Shown: positions 48,460-59,587 of the stretch, one piece after another
Layout of the letters: every line of letters begins with the position of its first letter
Position numbering within the stretch: the stretch's first letter is position 1
Source of the DNA: Gammaproteobacteria bacterium
GTDB taxonomy: Bacteria; Pseudomonadota; Gammaproteobacteria; UBA6429; Thiohalophilaceae
Direction of reading: 5' to 3'
Length of the DNA: 64,000 bases
Assembly: GCA_029880855.1 (NCBI GenBank)
Contig: JAOUNS010000005.1
Span: 145,130 to 209,129, forward strand
Position numbers and translations under genes: made by a program
Notes under the pieces: generated by a model
Databases searched by the model: none
The model's input: the letters and a program-made list of their open reading frames with translations, nothing else
Told to the model about the DNA's origin: nothing

Positions 48460-48478
48460 TGCGCTTGACTTAGTGTAA
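48460..48478. promoter_or_regulatory. Perfect palindrome TAGTGTA-aactg-TACACTA (GT-N7-AC core) between divergent operons; candidate NrtR operator overlapping a TTGACT/TATCTT promoter
   Basis: The 7-5-7 inverted repeat is read from the sequence. An NrtR-like gene is the first gene to the right. Confidence 0.5.
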
Positions 48479-48528
48479 ACTGTACACTATCTTGTTATTG
48501 TATTCAAGACGCAAAGTAAGGAAGGGCC

Positions 48529-49194
48529 ATGTTTCAATATAAGTATCCACATCCTGCGGTCACCACTGACATAGTGATTTTCACTATCCGCGATAACCAG
48601 TTGAAATTATTGCTGATTATGCGGGCCGGTGAGCCATTTAAAGGCAAGTGGGCCTTGCCCGGCGGCTTTGTGACTATGGATGAAAGCCTGGATGAGGGTG
48701 CTCGGCGTGAATTGGAAGAAGAGACCGGTGTCAGCGGGGTCTATCTGGAACAGCTCTATACCTTTGGCGCAGTGGACCGTGACCCCAGGGAGCGGGTCAT
48801 TACTGTGGCCTACTATGCGCTGATCCCGTCGGACAAGATCCGCTTGCAGGCCGCCACCGATGCCGAAGCGGTGGGCTGGTTCAGCATGGATGCGTTACCG
48901 GAACTGGCGTTTGATCATCAACAGATCGTTGCCATGGCCCAGCAACGACTGGCGGCAAAACTGGATTACTCGACCATCGCGTTTCAGTTTATGCCGGAGG
49001 AGTTCACCCTCAGTGAATTGCAGTTGGTCTACGAGATCATTCTGCAGGAAGAGATGGACCGTCGTAATTTTCGCAAATGGGTCCTGGCCCTGGAACAGAT
49101 TGAAGAGACCGGTAACGAACGACGCGAAGGCGCACATCGACCGGCCAAACTCTATCGGGTGATTCATCCGAACAAGGTTGAGATTATCAAGTGA
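48529..49194 (+). CDS. nrtR: Nudix hydrolase fused to C-terminal winged-helix domain (NrtR-like ADP-ribose-responsive regulator)
   Basis: Nudix box GGFVTMDESLDEGARRELEEETGV. C-terminal about 90 aa is helix-rich. Confidence 0.65.
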   Translation: MFQYKYPHPAVTTDIVIFTIRDNQLKLLLIMRAGEPFKGKWALPGGFVTMDESLDEGARRELEEETGVSGVYLEQLYTFGAVDRDPRERVITVAYYALIPSDKIRLQAATDAEAVGWFSMDALPELAFDHQQIVAMAQQRLAAKLDYSTIAFQFMPEEFTLSELQLVYEIILQEEMDRRNFRKWVLALEQIEETGNERREGAHRPAKLYRVIHPNKVEIIK

Positions 49195-50129
49195 CAAGTG
49201 ACAGGAGGTGGATCATGAATACCTTAACATTGGCACACTATTACACCACACCGGATGTACAGGCCATGGCCGATTATGTGGGCGACAGTCTGGAACTGGC
49301 CCTGATCGCCCGGCGCGAAAAGGCACAGCGGATTGTCTTTGCCGGTGTGCAGTTCATGGCAGAGACAACAAAGATCATCAACCCGGATGCGGAGGTGATC
49401 CTGCCCGATGCGGCCGCCACCTGTTCACTGGTGACCCAAACCGACATGGCAGCACTGCGCGCCTGGCGCGAACGCTATGCCGACCACGTACATGTGAGTT
49501 ACATCAACTCCAGTGCCGAACACAAAACCATTTCAGACTGGATTGTCACCTCACGCAACGTGGACGAGATCATCGCGAGCATTTATGCCGCAGGTAAAAA
49601 AGTGATCTTCTCGCCGGATCGCAATATGGGCGCCTGGCTGAATTACCAGTACGGCTATCAGATGCCGGTCTGGAACGCGGTCTGTGAGGTGCATGACAAG
49701 TTCAAGGAAGAACAGATCGAATACATGCTCACCAGTGCGAACGGTAAGGCCTGGTTGTTGGCCCACCCGGAATCACCGTTGCCGGTGTTAAAGCGGGCCG
49801 ACATGGTGGGTTCCACCAAACAGATGCTGGACTGGATAGAAAAATTCAGTGGTGCAACCGAGGTGATCTATGTCGCCACCGAAGAAGGGCTGTTGCACAA
49901 CATGCGTCAGTTGCGCACGGATTTAAATATCCAGCAGGCGCCGATCTACAGCGGCTGCCAGTGCAATGCCTGTCCCTACATGAAACGCAATACAGTGGAT
50001 TTGGTCAGGCAGGCGCAAATGGGAAAAGGCTTTGTCATCGATTATCTGACAGAAGAGACCATGGACCAGGCAAGAAAACCAGTTGAACGGATGTTGTCTT
50101 TCAGTCAACCAAAAAGGAATGCCGCATGA
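49191..50129 (+). CDS. nadA: Quinolinate synthase NadA
   Basis: AHYYT, CSL, SAEHK, HPES and CxxC (SGCQCNACPYM) motifs. Start may be at MNTLTL (49206). Confidence 0.85.
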   Translation: MTSDRRWIMNTLTLAHYYTTPDVQAMADYVGDSLELALIARREKAQRIVFAGVQFMAETTKIINPDAEVILPDAAATCSLVTQTDMAALRAWRERYADHVHVSYINSSAEHKTISDWIVTSRNVDEIIASIYAAGKKVIFSPDRNMGAWLNYQYGYQMPVWNAVCEVHDKFKEEQIEYMLTSANGKAWLLAHPESPLPVLKRADMVGSTKQMLDWIEKFSGATEVIYVATEEGLLHNMRQLRTDLNIQQAPIYSGCQCNACPYMKRNTVDLVRQAQMGKGFVIDYLTEETMDQARKPVERMLSFSQPKRNAA

Positions 50130-50184
50130 GGCGTGAACGAGGAGCAGTACCATAACATCAATGCAATGAAACAGGAGGTGTATC

Positions 50185-51108
50185 ATGTACAGATATTTTA
50201 AGGGCGAACCGAATGCCTTTGTTATTCGGTACAAAAACGGCAAGCTGAAACGCCATGGTCCGGGATTGACCTTCTGGTATTGGCCGCATAACACTTCCAT
50301 TGCCTCACTGCCACTGGTGACACAGGATGCGCCGTTTATTTTCAAAGAGACCACGGCCAACTATCAGGAGGTGAGCATACAGGGTCAGTTACGTTATCGC
50401 TTTATTGAACCGCTGGAAGCGGCCGGGTTGATGGACTTTACCATTGATCCAAAAACGGGGCGTTATCGCAGCAAGGACCCGGAAAAACTGGTGCAACGTG
50501 TGATCAACGCGGTACAGGCCAATACCCGCAGCGGCGTGAACAAACTGTCACTGGATGAGGCCTTGATCAAGGTAAAGGAACTTTCCTCTACCGTGCTGCA
50601 ACAGGTTCAAAGCGAAGATGCGTTGCGCACACTGGGCGTGGTCGTAGAAAGTCTCCACTTCACCACCGTCAAGGCGACACCGGAGATGCAGAAGGCACTG
50701 GAAGCCGATTATCGGGAGAGCTTGCAACAACGGGCGGATCTTGCCATCTATGCCCGACGCAAGTCGGCAGTGGAAGAAGAAAGCAAGATCAGCAATCGTG
50801 AACTCGATAATGAAGTGGAACTGGAACAACGTCGTCGTGAGCTGGTGGCCAGACAGGCGGAAAACCGCATCAAGTCCGCCGAGGCGGAAGCAAAGGCCAT
50901 GGAGCTGGAAGCGGAAGCCGAGACTCGCGCCGATGAGATCCGGTTTGGTTTATATCAAAACCTGACGCCCCAGGCCCTGGTTGGTCTGGCGCTGAAGGAG
51001 TGGGCGGCCAATGCCGGTACCATCGGTAATCTGACCATTACACCGGATCTGTTGGCCAATGTCGTGCAATGGATAGGAGGCAAGGACCATGATCAATCCG
51101 GCCGTTAA
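50185..51108 (+). CDS. SPFH/band-7 domain protein
   Basis: SPFH-like core with a C-terminal coiled-coil (EAEAKAMELEAEAETRA). Confidence 0.65.
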   Translation: MYRYFKGEPNAFVIRYKNGKLKRHGPGLTFWYWPHNTSIASLPLVTQDAPFIFKETTANYQEVSIQGQLRYRFIEPLEAAGLMDFTIDPKTGRYRSKDPEKLVQRVINAVQANTRSGVNKLSLDEALIKVKELSSTVLQQVQSEDALRTLGVVVESLHFTTVKATPEMQKALEADYRESLQQRADLAIYARRKSAVEEESKISNRELDNEVELEQRRRELVARQAENRIKSAEAEAKAMELEAEAETRADEIRFGLYQNLTPQALVGLALKEWAANAGTIGNLTITPDLLANVVQWIGGKDHDQSGR

Positions 51109-52078
51109 TTCTACCGGGAGACGTGCGGGCACTGCGCCCGCACGGCGTGCCGCTTATGAGCATCTGGTCATTGTCACCCGGCAGACCGAGCTGGAAGAAC
51201 TGACGGCGCGTTTTAACACCGCCGCACAGGCTCGCTTTTATCTGGAACATGCCGGACGTGACTTCACACCCATTGCACAGGATCACCAACAGTATCATGC
51301 TGTACTGGATAACCTGCGTGGTGCTATCCCCCGCGGAATCAAGTCACAAATCATTGATCGACAGTTTCTGCCGCAGTTCAGTTTTGGTGAAGATGATCTG
51401 GTTGTGACGATTGGACCGGATGGTCTGGTGGTAAACACCGCCAAGTATCTTGCCCAACAACCGATCCTGGCGATCAATCCTGATCCGAACAAGATCGAAG
51501 GGGTGTTGTTGCCCTTCACCATGGATAAGGCTGTGACATCGCTGGCCGATACACTGGCCGGTCAGCGGCGTATACAGTCCATCACCATGGCCAATGCCAG
51601 ATTGAATGACGGTCAGGAGTTATTGGCGTTTAATGATCTGTTTATCGGACCGAAAAGCCACACCTCGGCCCGCTATCGACTGGAACAGAATGGTAATGCA
51701 GAAGATCAATCTTCCAGCGGGATCATTGTCTCAACCGGCGCCGGTTCCACCGGCTGGCTGAAATCGGTCTATACCGGTGCGGTGGGTATTGTTGAAGCAC
51801 TGGGTGGTGAAGTGCGCTTGCCCAAAGACGGCGGGCGTTTTGGCTGGGACGAGGATTACCTGATCTATACTGTGCGTGAACCCTGGCCCAGCAAGACCTC
51901 GCAGGCCAAACAGATATTCGGTCTGATTACACCGGATCAACCGTTAAAACTGACCTCATACATGGCACAACATGGTGTGATCTTCAGTGACGGTATCGAA
52001 AGCGACTACCTGCAATTCAATGCCGGGTTTAGCGCCACCATCGCCATTGCCGATCACAAGGCAAGATTAATCATTTAA
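51089..52078 (+). CDS. NAD(+) kinase-like protein (diacylglycerol/NAD kinase fold)
   Basis: DLVVTIGPDGLVVN (variant of GGDG) and the C-terminal IIVSTGAGSTGWLKS motif. Confidence 0.6.
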   Translation: MINPAVNSTGRRAGTAPARRAAYEHLVIVTRQTELEELTARFNTAAQARFYLEHAGRDFTPIAQDHQQYHAVLDNLRGAIPRGIKSQIIDRQFLPQFSFGEDDLVVTIGPDGLVVNTAKYLAQQPILAINPDPNKIEGVLLPFTMDKAVTSLADTLAGQRRIQSITMANARLNDGQELLAFNDLFIGPKSHTSARYRLEQNGNAEDQSSSGIIVSTGAGSTGWLKSVYTGAVGIVEALGGEVRLPKDGGRFGWDEDYLIYTVREPWPSKTSQAKQIFGLITPDQPLKLTSYMAQHGVIFSDGIESDYLQFNAGFSATIAIADHKARLII

Positions 52079-52095
52079 GGAGAATTATTTGTAAC

Positions 52096-52704
52096 ATGAT
52101 GTACCAAACGATCCGCTTGGAATACTACACAAAACAGAAACAGGCATGGCCGAAAGAAGGCAAACATATTCTGGCGCAATACGATGCTGACAGCGTTATC
52201 GTCTATCAGGCCTATCGACCGGCTATTGGTTTGTTTGCTGTGGAGAATCAATACTTTGGTGGTGAGTTCAGTCTTAATCGCATGAGCTGGATCAAACCCA
52301 ACTTTTTATGGATGATGTATCGCAGTAACTGGGCGCGTACACCCGGCCAGGAGATTGTCTGTGGAGTAAGACTGAAGCGGGATTTTTTTGATGAAGTGGT
52401 GCGCACGGCCGTACCGTCATCCTTTGATAAAACCCGTTACAAAGACCAGACAGAATGGAAACGCGCTGTCAAACGTTCCTCTGTCCGACTGCAATGGGAC
52501 CCGGATCATGGACCATCCGGCAACAAGTGTGAGCGCCGGGCCATCCAGCTTGGCCTGCGCGGCGATATACTGGAGCAATACAGCAGGGATGCGATTATCG
52601 AGATCATCAATATGACGCCGTTTATTCAAAACCAAATTTCCCATCTCGCACAGCACTACAATGGGCTGTTAACACCCGAGGAGTCGATTTACCCTCTTCC
52701 ATAG
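52096..52704 (+). CDS. DUF4291-like protein
   Basis: 202-aa ORF. Last gene of the nrtR-side operon. Confidence 0.45.
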   Translation: MMYQTIRLEYYTKQKQAWPKEGKHILAQYDADSVIVYQAYRPAIGLFAVENQYFGGEFSLNRMSWIKPNFLWMMYRSNWARTPGQEIVCGVRLKRDFFDEVVRTAVPSSFDKTRYKDQTEWKRAVKRSSVRLQWDPDHGPSGNKCERRAIQLGLRGDILEQYSRDAIIEIINMTPFIQNQISHLAQHYNGLLTPEESIYPLP

Positions 52705-52860
52705 CACCATTTTCCAGCGGCCCATTTCCTTGACCCGCTAAATAACGACACCTATTATTACTGTGTCATTTTGTCAGGTGGTGCTCTATTTCAGACAATT
52801 ACCTCATCTTGCATAGCGCACGGCCGAAATATATTCACCCGAAAAAGGATAGCCCCCTCA

Positions 52861-53864
52861 TGAAAAAATTTTTTCCCCTGTTAATCAGCGGATTGGTATT
52901 TCTATCCGGTTGCAGTACCCAGGTCAGCCTCATGGTACAGCGTGCGCCTGAAATCAACCTCAAAGAGATCAGAACCCTCAATGTCAAACCGTTCAGTGTA
53001 GCAGGCACGCTTAATCTGGATTTGGACAATCAAGCAGCCACCCCGCAAAAAATGTCAGATAAAAAATTCGCGCTTGAAGTGGTTAAACTGCTGCTGGATG
53101 TGAATGACGCAAAGAGCGCCCAGAGTTATATCGACAAACAACATGCCGAAATTCAGGAGACACACCTGCGTGACCTGACCAAAGCAATATTTCGCAATGG
53201 CCATTTCAAGGTAAATAACGGCAACCAGTATCAGGCACAGCTTACCGGTGATATTAACTACGACGTACAGGATGTGATGGAAACACAGGAAAACAAGGAT
53301 AAACATGGCAAGGTAACAGTTTCCTACAAACTGACACGTACCGCCAATGTGGCTATCCAGTTTAATGTCCTGGACAGTAACGGGACCATGCTCGGAACCA
53401 CGACAGTTACCACAAAGACCAGCGACAGTACAACTGCGGGAGACAAATCAAAGGCACGTAAAAAGACCATGGACTGGCCGTTCCTGGTCAAAAAAGCAAT
53501 AGCCGCCCTGCATGAGTCAACGATTAATAAAATTGCGCCTTACTATATTAAGGAAACACGGACTCTGGCTGAAGGCGATATGAAATTAATCAAAGACGGT
53601 AACAAGGCTGCCGCTGACAATAACTGGCCCACCGCCATCTCGCTCTGGCAAACTGTTGCAAAAGCCGGTAACAACAAAGACAAGGCTGCCGCCCTGTACA
53701 ATCTTTCAGTCTATGATGAACTGCAGGGTGATTTCACACACGCCCTGGATAAGGCAAACAAGGCTTCTTCCCTGCACAAACAAAAACGCTACACCGAACA
53801 GGTACAAACCCTGCATCGTCGTATAGCCGAAGCAAAGGAAGTCAAGGAACTGTTAAACAAGTAA
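52861..53864 (+). CDS. Lipoprotein with C-terminal TPR-like region
   Basis: Lipobox LLISGLVFLSGC. Start at MKKFF (52861). Confidence 0.55.
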
Positions 53865-54854
53865 TCAGCCGGGAGAAAGGTTTGCTTTCTCCGCCCGGTT
53901 TTTCATCAAGCCAAGGATGGATTGATGAAAATCGGCCAACACCATCCGTCCCCACAAATCTCCATACAGCTTGAGATGTGATTTATTCAGAAAACGTGTG
54001 GTCAGGCTCAAACGGGTATCACCATTTTCCAGTCGGACCAGATCATAACCACCGTCCAGTACCGTAAAATAGTCACCGCCCAGTTCCACATGACGATCCA
54101 GCGCATGTCGTGGTATGGAACCCGGTGGAATGCGAAATTGGTAATGCAGGGCAACCGGCCTGTTCCATTCGGTGATCACTTCTTTGAACTCCACGCCTTT
54201 TTCCCAACGTGAGGTGCGCACACTGCCGACACCACTGCCATCCATCGCTGCTTCAACCGGTTTGGGCAGACCAATCAGATGCACAAACGAAAAGCCCAGT
54301 TCAGCGGGACGTATATCACGTACCGCCGCCAGTTGATCAAACACGATGTCGGGTGGCGCATGGATCACGATGGTATTGGAAACAGTTTGTTCGCTCTGCT
54401 CCGGCGGCAGGTGTGCTTCAATGGGGCCGATCAACAAGGGCAGGAGAGCAAAGACCGGCAATGTTGAGCGAGACACCTTGAAGCGGTTATTGATATAACC
54501 GGCCAGCAGCCCACCCAACATGGACGCAACCAAAAAAACCGGCGCGACCAGCACAATACAAATCAGTCCTTCCAGCAGGGTCACCATCATGGCGGCCAGA
54601 AACAACAGCATGGCATTGATGGACAACCCCAGTTGGCGTTTGACAGGCACATGTTGCCCTTTTGCGTACCACAATACCGCAACGGCACCAACACAAAACG
54701 GCGCAACAAATAAAAATCCTGCTGAAACAATTTGTAATAGCGAAGAAAGACTCTTCAGTTCAAATGTCACCCGTGTCAGCAAGCCATAGCCCATACCAAC
54801 CAGCAAGGCAGTAACGATCTGTTTGCGATGGAGACTATCCTGTGCATCTGTCAC
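53865..54854 (-). CDS. Membrane protein with C-terminal SRPBCC-like domain
   Basis: Three N-terminal TM helices and a soluble C-terminal half. Confidence 0.5.
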   Translation of the reverse strand: MTDAQDSLHRKQIVTALLVGMGYGLLTRVTFELKSLSSLLQIVSAGFLFVAPFCVGAVAVLWYAKGQHVPVKRQLGLSINAMLLFLAAMMVTLLEGLICIVLVAPVFLVASMLGGLLAGYINNRFKVSRSTLPVFALLPLLIGPIEAHLPPEQSEQTVSNTIVIHAPPDIVFDQLAAVRDIRPAELGFSFVHLIGLPKPVEAAMDGSGVGSVRTSRWEKGVEFKEVITEWNRPVALHYQFRIPPGSIPRHALDRHVELGGDYFTVLDGGYDLVRLENGDTRLSLTTRFLNKSHLKLYGDLWGRMVLADFHQSILGLMKNRAEKANLSPG

Positions 54855-54870
54855 GGTGATGGTTTCCTTA

Positions 54871-55155
54871 TTAGTGTTTTCTATTCAGGATAAATGGAAT
54901 AACCCTGGCACTGATAACAAATATCAAACCCGTTATCAATAGGAGGTAGTTTGCTGTCAATTCATCTGTCGAGGCTGTGATCTTGTAGTAATCAGGAGTA
55001 TTTTCACCACGCAAAAATGAGTTAATTTGTACCCATACCTCCACCGGCAGAAGCTCAACCAGTGGGCTTATCAGTAAAAGGTTAACAAACATCAGACCCA
55101 TACCAACTTTTGTCAACCATTTATAAAATGCATGTTGTTTGTTATTTGTCGACAT
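54871..55155 (-). CDS. Small membrane protein
   Basis: 94 aa with 2 TM helices. Confidence 0.4.
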   Translation of the reverse strand: MSTNNKQHAFYKWLTKVGMGLMFVNLLLISPLVELLPVEVWVQINSFLRGENTPDYYKITASTDELTANYLLLITGLIFVISARVIPFILNRKH

Positions 55156-55548
55156 CTTTACAGTCTGATCGTTTCACCGCATCCATCCGCCATGAGCCCG
55201 CCGCACGCCACACCACGACCGTATCGGTCTGTAATTTATTGAAATCCAGTTTCCAGGAAACCACCACTTCATCATCGAAGTAGACATAGACCCGGTGTTT
55301 TTTATCCAGCGCCAGATCTTTTACGACAACCCGGTCACCGGCATAGTTAACCGGAAAGAATATCTTTTCAGATTTGTCGATCCGCAGATACAACCGATGG
55401 GTGGTTTCAGCATATGGTTTGGCGAGATTTGACCCCAGACAGACGGTGCCGGTCGGTTCAACGGCAAGAATGGAATTTGATTGGCATAATAACAGGCCGG
55501 CGCACAGGCTTTTGTATAAACCATGCAGTATCGGATGGTGGTTTGTCA
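55142..55548 (-). CDS. Hypothetical exported protein
   Basis: Start at MTNHHP with a signal peptide. The ORF-track N-terminal extension is unlikely. Confidence 0.4.
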
Positions 55549-55728
55549 TTGTATATGTCCCGTCTGGTTCAGGACTTATATAGCAACAAACACCGGCAAT
55601 GGCAACTCCACAACGATCTGACGCCGGCGGGTATGGCAGCATCTTCGCTACAAAGTACACGAAGATGCGCAAAGAAAAATATCCTTCTTTGCGTCTTCGT
55701 GCTTTGCGTTAAGTCTTTTTTGTCAAAA

Positions 55729-57066
55729 TCAGGCGGTGGCCGTGACACTTTCAGTGATGGTCAGATGACGACATGCCCTGGCCAGCGCATCGGCATCGCC
55801 CACATTGCCGGGGAAAATGACCACCGGCAGATTGGGATAGCGGGGATGATCCGCCGGACAACAGACGACGGAACAACCGGGCAGGATCTGGCCCATCACG
55901 CGTGAGGTGCGCAGATTTAATCCCTTGCTCAAGACATCATTTGATGTAATACCACCCTTGCTGATCAGAAAACCCAGACTGACCGGCAGGTTGCGTACCA
56001 CTTCCATCAGAAATTCAGAAACGCGCTCGCCGAAGGCCAGTCTTTCCGCCTGTGAGGGGAAAGTCTTCTCAGTCCGACTGGTGTAGATCACGACATTAAT
56101 GCGGGCCTGGTGTAAATCGGTGATTTTTTCAATCACATTGTCCAGCAAATTCGGATCATTATCGATCCGTTCCACATCCACTTCCACACCGGCAATACCC
56201 GGCTCATCCAGCAGGGCCTGTAATTGTTGCGTGGTCTTTTTCACATGGGAACCAACCACCACGGCGCCCGGTTTACCATTACGGACATAACGCGCCATCT
56301 GTTCCGCCTTGACCGGTTGCGGTGGCAATTGCGCCAGTGCGGTGAGCAGACTGGCGCCGCTCCTGAATAAAAATCGTTTGCCTTTCCTGGCGGCCGTCAT
56401 CAACTGGGTGCAGAAGTTATTCAGATCAGCCTGTGTCTCACAGTCCACCACACAACATTTATTGTCATGCAGCGCCATCAGTCGCGCCAGACTGTCGCCA
56501 CGCACATCGTATAAAAGAAATTGCGCCACATCTTTGGCCTTGATACGGCCTTTGGTCTTTTCTTCCACATAGTCGGGCATATAGCTGTGGCTGTAGCCAA
56601 ACACGGAGTCACGGGCGAACTCGGTTTCATGCACCGGCACCGGCTCACCATCCACCAGCAGATAATGCACACTGTCACGGGTAAAACGGCCGCCTTCAAA
56701 AAAGGCCGGCACCATAAAGTGGGCGTCAAATGGTCCCAGCTCTTCCGCAATCACGTCGGTTTCCACCGGATAGTGACCGCGCAAGGTGGAATCGGATCGA
56801 CTGACCACCAACGGATTGATCTCGCGCCCGGTCTCCGCCAGTTCAGCCATGGCCTGCTTCAGGTTGATACAGACTTCCCGCGTCAGGTCCCGCGCCGAGA
56901 CTGCATCCATACCGCGGGTATTGGTCAGTACAAAAAACAACGGCGCCCTGTCCTGTAAACCGGTCTTTAGCGTTGCCACATCCCAACGGGTCAGCAATAA
57001 ACAACTGTGCACGGTTTGTGAACCGGTGGGGTCATCATCCAGCACAATAATCTTTGTTTCCGCCAT
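55729..57066 (-). CDS. Four-carbon acid sugar kinase family protein (OtnK/YgbK-like, DUF1537)
   Basis: N-terminal IIVLDDDPTGSQT and overall length. Start at MAETKII. Confidence 0.65.
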   Translation of the reverse strand: MAETKIIVLDDDPTGSQTVHSCLLLTRWDVATLKTGLQDRAPLFFVLTNTRGMDAVSARDLTREVCINLKQAMAELAETGREINPLVVSRSDSTLRGHYPVETDVIAEELGPFDAHFMVPAFFEGGRFTRDSVHYLLVDGEPVPVHETEFARDSVFGYSHSYMPDYVEEKTKGRIKAKDVAQFLLYDVRGDSLARLMALHDNKCCVVDCETQADLNNFCTQLMTAARKGKRFLFRSGASLLTALAQLPPQPVKAEQMARYVRNGKPGAVVVGSHVKKTTQQLQALLDEPGIAGVEVDVERIDNDPNLLDNVIEKITDLHQARINVVIYTSRTEKTFPSQAERLAFGERVSEFLMEVVRNLPVSLGFLISKGGITSNDVLSKGLNLRTSRVMGQILPGCSVVCCPADHPRYPNLPVVIFPGNVGDADALARACRHLTITESVTATA

Positions 57067-57162
57067 ACTCTGTCTCTTTAAATTGGTATGTTGTCTCATC
57101 ATTAAAAACCCGTTCCGACACGATGGGAGTGATACATCGTGCCGGTCGGGCTGCCTTGCGCA

Positions 57163-59379
57163 CTACTCTGTTAATGTAATAACACGTTCAACCATTGCTT
57201 CCGGTGTAATACCGTTGAAGGCCATGATCTCATCCGCTGATGCGGTGGTTTCACCCCGCTTCCAGCAAATCGTGTCGCGCTTCGGTGCGGTGGTGCGTAA
57301 CAGTACCGGCTCCAGCGGCGCACTCGGTCCGCCACTCACTGCCAGCATGACATCACCAGCGAACAGCTTGTTGAAGTCCGCATCACCCATAAAGTTGTTA
57401 TCGGGTTGTGATACCGTATCCCAGGCCACATCAGTGGGGCGATACAGGCGACGCGGATTCAACACGGCAACGATGCGTACCTTGTAACCCTTTGCTTCCA
57501 GAGCATCTTTCGCCTTGAAGACCGGCAGAAAGACCATGTCACCGGTGACGGCAAACACCACGGTGCCCTTGTTGCCTTCAGCCGATTCATAAATCGTTGC
57601 CGCGCCCTTTTCAACAGCAACACGCGCATCGGCAATACTCATATACACCGGCAAGGGGCTCTTGGAGGCGATGATCACCATCCCCTTGTTGTAACTATTG
57701 ATGGCATATTCATAGGCCGCCTGCATGGCATTCGCGTCACACGGAAACAGCGGATAGACATTACCGTTACGCATCATGGCGCCGAAGTAGTTTTCGATCT
57801 CCGGGCGTTGATGGGTCCAGCCGTTACGGCCCTGCTCCAAAGCACCGGCGGTAAACATGGTAACCACCGATGGTGTCTTGCGGCGCAGTTCGGCCATGGC
57901 CTGTGTCACGGTCTGTACAATGGGCCAACCGTTAATGGCGAAGGACTCATAGGACAACCACAACGAACGCGAGCCAAACAGGGCCAGACCGGCGGCAAAA
58001 CCGGCGCAGGCGTCTTCATTCAATGGTTCATACACCTGCCCGTTTGGCTCCTGATTATATAAAGGGTCCACGGTCGGGTGACGGATCTTCAGGGCATCAT
58101 TGATGTTCTTCATCGCAGAGGCCTCATTACCATCCGCATTGGTGACCACATAACGCGGATCGGCCTTGCCCACCTGCGCCACCAGTGCGCCCATGGCGGT
58201 GGCCGGCACCGCCTTGTCACCGACAGCAAACTCCTGCATCTGCAAGTCAGGCAGCGGAGTGAGCGCCAACTCGGATTCAGTTACGACGGTCTTTACCGCA
58301 GGCCCGCCACCGGCACGACTGAAGTTGTCACGCACGATCTGCCAGGCCGATTCCGGCAAGGCGCGGCGCTGCAAACCGTCGATGATGTGCTGCGCGTCCA
58401 GGGTATCGGCCGGATAGAGGTTATGTGACTTGGCGCCAACGGTATGCACGCCGGTCCCTTTCAATTGCTTGATGATAAAGGCGGTCAACTTGCCGCTCAT
58501 GGCAGACTTCGCGGCTTTATCGATCCCTTCCAATACCGCTTTGGTAAAGGCCAGCCGGTTGGGCAGTGAGAAATGGCTGCTGTCCACATAGGCACCCTGC
58601 TGACCGCTGTCATCAAAGTCTTTCGCATCCACCAGGATCACTTCCTCAAACTTGTGGCCCTTCCAGTATTCGATCATCTGTTGGTTGCTGTGCAGCGAGA
58701 CCATGGAGTGGTGCTCCTGGGAATAACCGTTCCAGATCAAGACCGGCAGGAAGTTGGTCACCTCCGGATAGGCGGTATTGAAGTGCATCATGGCATTCAA
58801 CACGTAGGGTTCGCCCATGCCGCCGTCACCAATGGTCACCGGGAACAGTTTGTCGCGATGCAGCCAGGCACCGGCCATGGCGAAGTGCATACCCTGTCCC
58901 AACGGACCGGCGGGGGCCAGCAGGCCGGGAATGGCGCCGGACAAATGGCCCAACAGACCGTGCTTTTCACGGAAGCGGGTCTGCATGTCGGTCATAGTAT
59001 GAATACCCATCTCCTCCAGCGAACTGTCGAGGAACATGGCGGAATAGAAACCGGGGGCATGGTGGCCCACCTCAGTCACGATATTGGTATGACCCAGCAT
59101 CATCAAGGAAGAGTGGGCCTCGGCACTGGAGGCAAACCCGCCGGGATGGCCGGAACCCTTGGAACCACAGACCTGCAGGGTCACATAACGCAGGGCATCG
59201 GCCCCCAACAGGGTCTGATAGACCGCGCTATCGTCAATTTTGCTGATGGCGGATTGCCCTTCGGCAATCACCGCGCCGGCTGCGTATTTATCCGAATTTG
59301 CCCAGGCCTCACCAAAGTACTGGATACCCTGACAAAATGCCGGTGCACTGGATAGCTGTTCCGCTGTATTGCTGCTCAT
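57163..59379 (-). CDS. Transketolase-family thiamine-diphosphate enzyme (738 aa)
   Basis: GSGHPGG TPP-binding motif and GDGG...N motif. Confidence 0.55.
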   Translation of the reverse strand: MSSNTAEQLSSAPAFCQGIQYFGEAWANSDKYAAGAVIAEGQSAISKIDDSAVYQTLLGADALRYVTLQVCGSKGSGHPGGFASSAEAHSSLMMLGHTNIVTEVGHHAPGFYSAMFLDSSLEEMGIHTMTDMQTRFREKHGLLGHLSGAIPGLLAPAGPLGQGMHFAMAGAWLHRDKLFPVTIGDGGMGEPYVLNAMMHFNTAYPEVTNFLPVLIWNGYSQEHHSMVSLHSNQQMIEYWKGHKFEEVILVDAKDFDDSGQQGAYVDSSHFSLPNRLAFTKAVLEGIDKAAKSAMSGKLTAFIIKQLKGTGVHTVGAKSHNLYPADTLDAQHIIDGLQRRALPESAWQIVRDNFSRAGGGPAVKTVVTESELALTPLPDLQMQEFAVGDKAVPATAMGALVAQVGKADPRYVVTNADGNEASAMKNINDALKIRHPTVDPLYNQEPNGQVYEPLNEDACAGFAAGLALFGSRSLWLSYESFAINGWPIVQTVTQAMAELRRKTPSVVTMFTAGALEQGRNGWTHQRPEIENYFGAMMRNGNVYPLFPCDANAMQAAYEYAINSYNKGMVIIASKSPLPVYMSIADARVAVEKGAATIYESAEGNKGTVVFAVTGDMVFLPVFKAKDALEAKGYKVRIVAVLNPRRLYRPTDVAWDTVSQPDNNFMGDADFNKLFAGDVMLAVSGGPSAPLEPVLLRTTAPKRDTICWKRGETTASADEIMAFNGITPEAMVERVITLTE

Positions 59380-59587
59380 CGTGATCTCCTTCGATCTGGC
59401 GAAATCACCCGGCTGACTCAGCCGATAATTTCATAATGTATAAACGTTTTCACTATGTGAAATATTTGTCACAAACAAAAAGCGATGAGATTGTTTGCCC
59501 ACCGCTGTTTTCAAGACTTGCATATACCTTAGCGATTAATCTACAATTTCGCAATACAGAATCGTTTTCATATTGTGAAACATTGTT

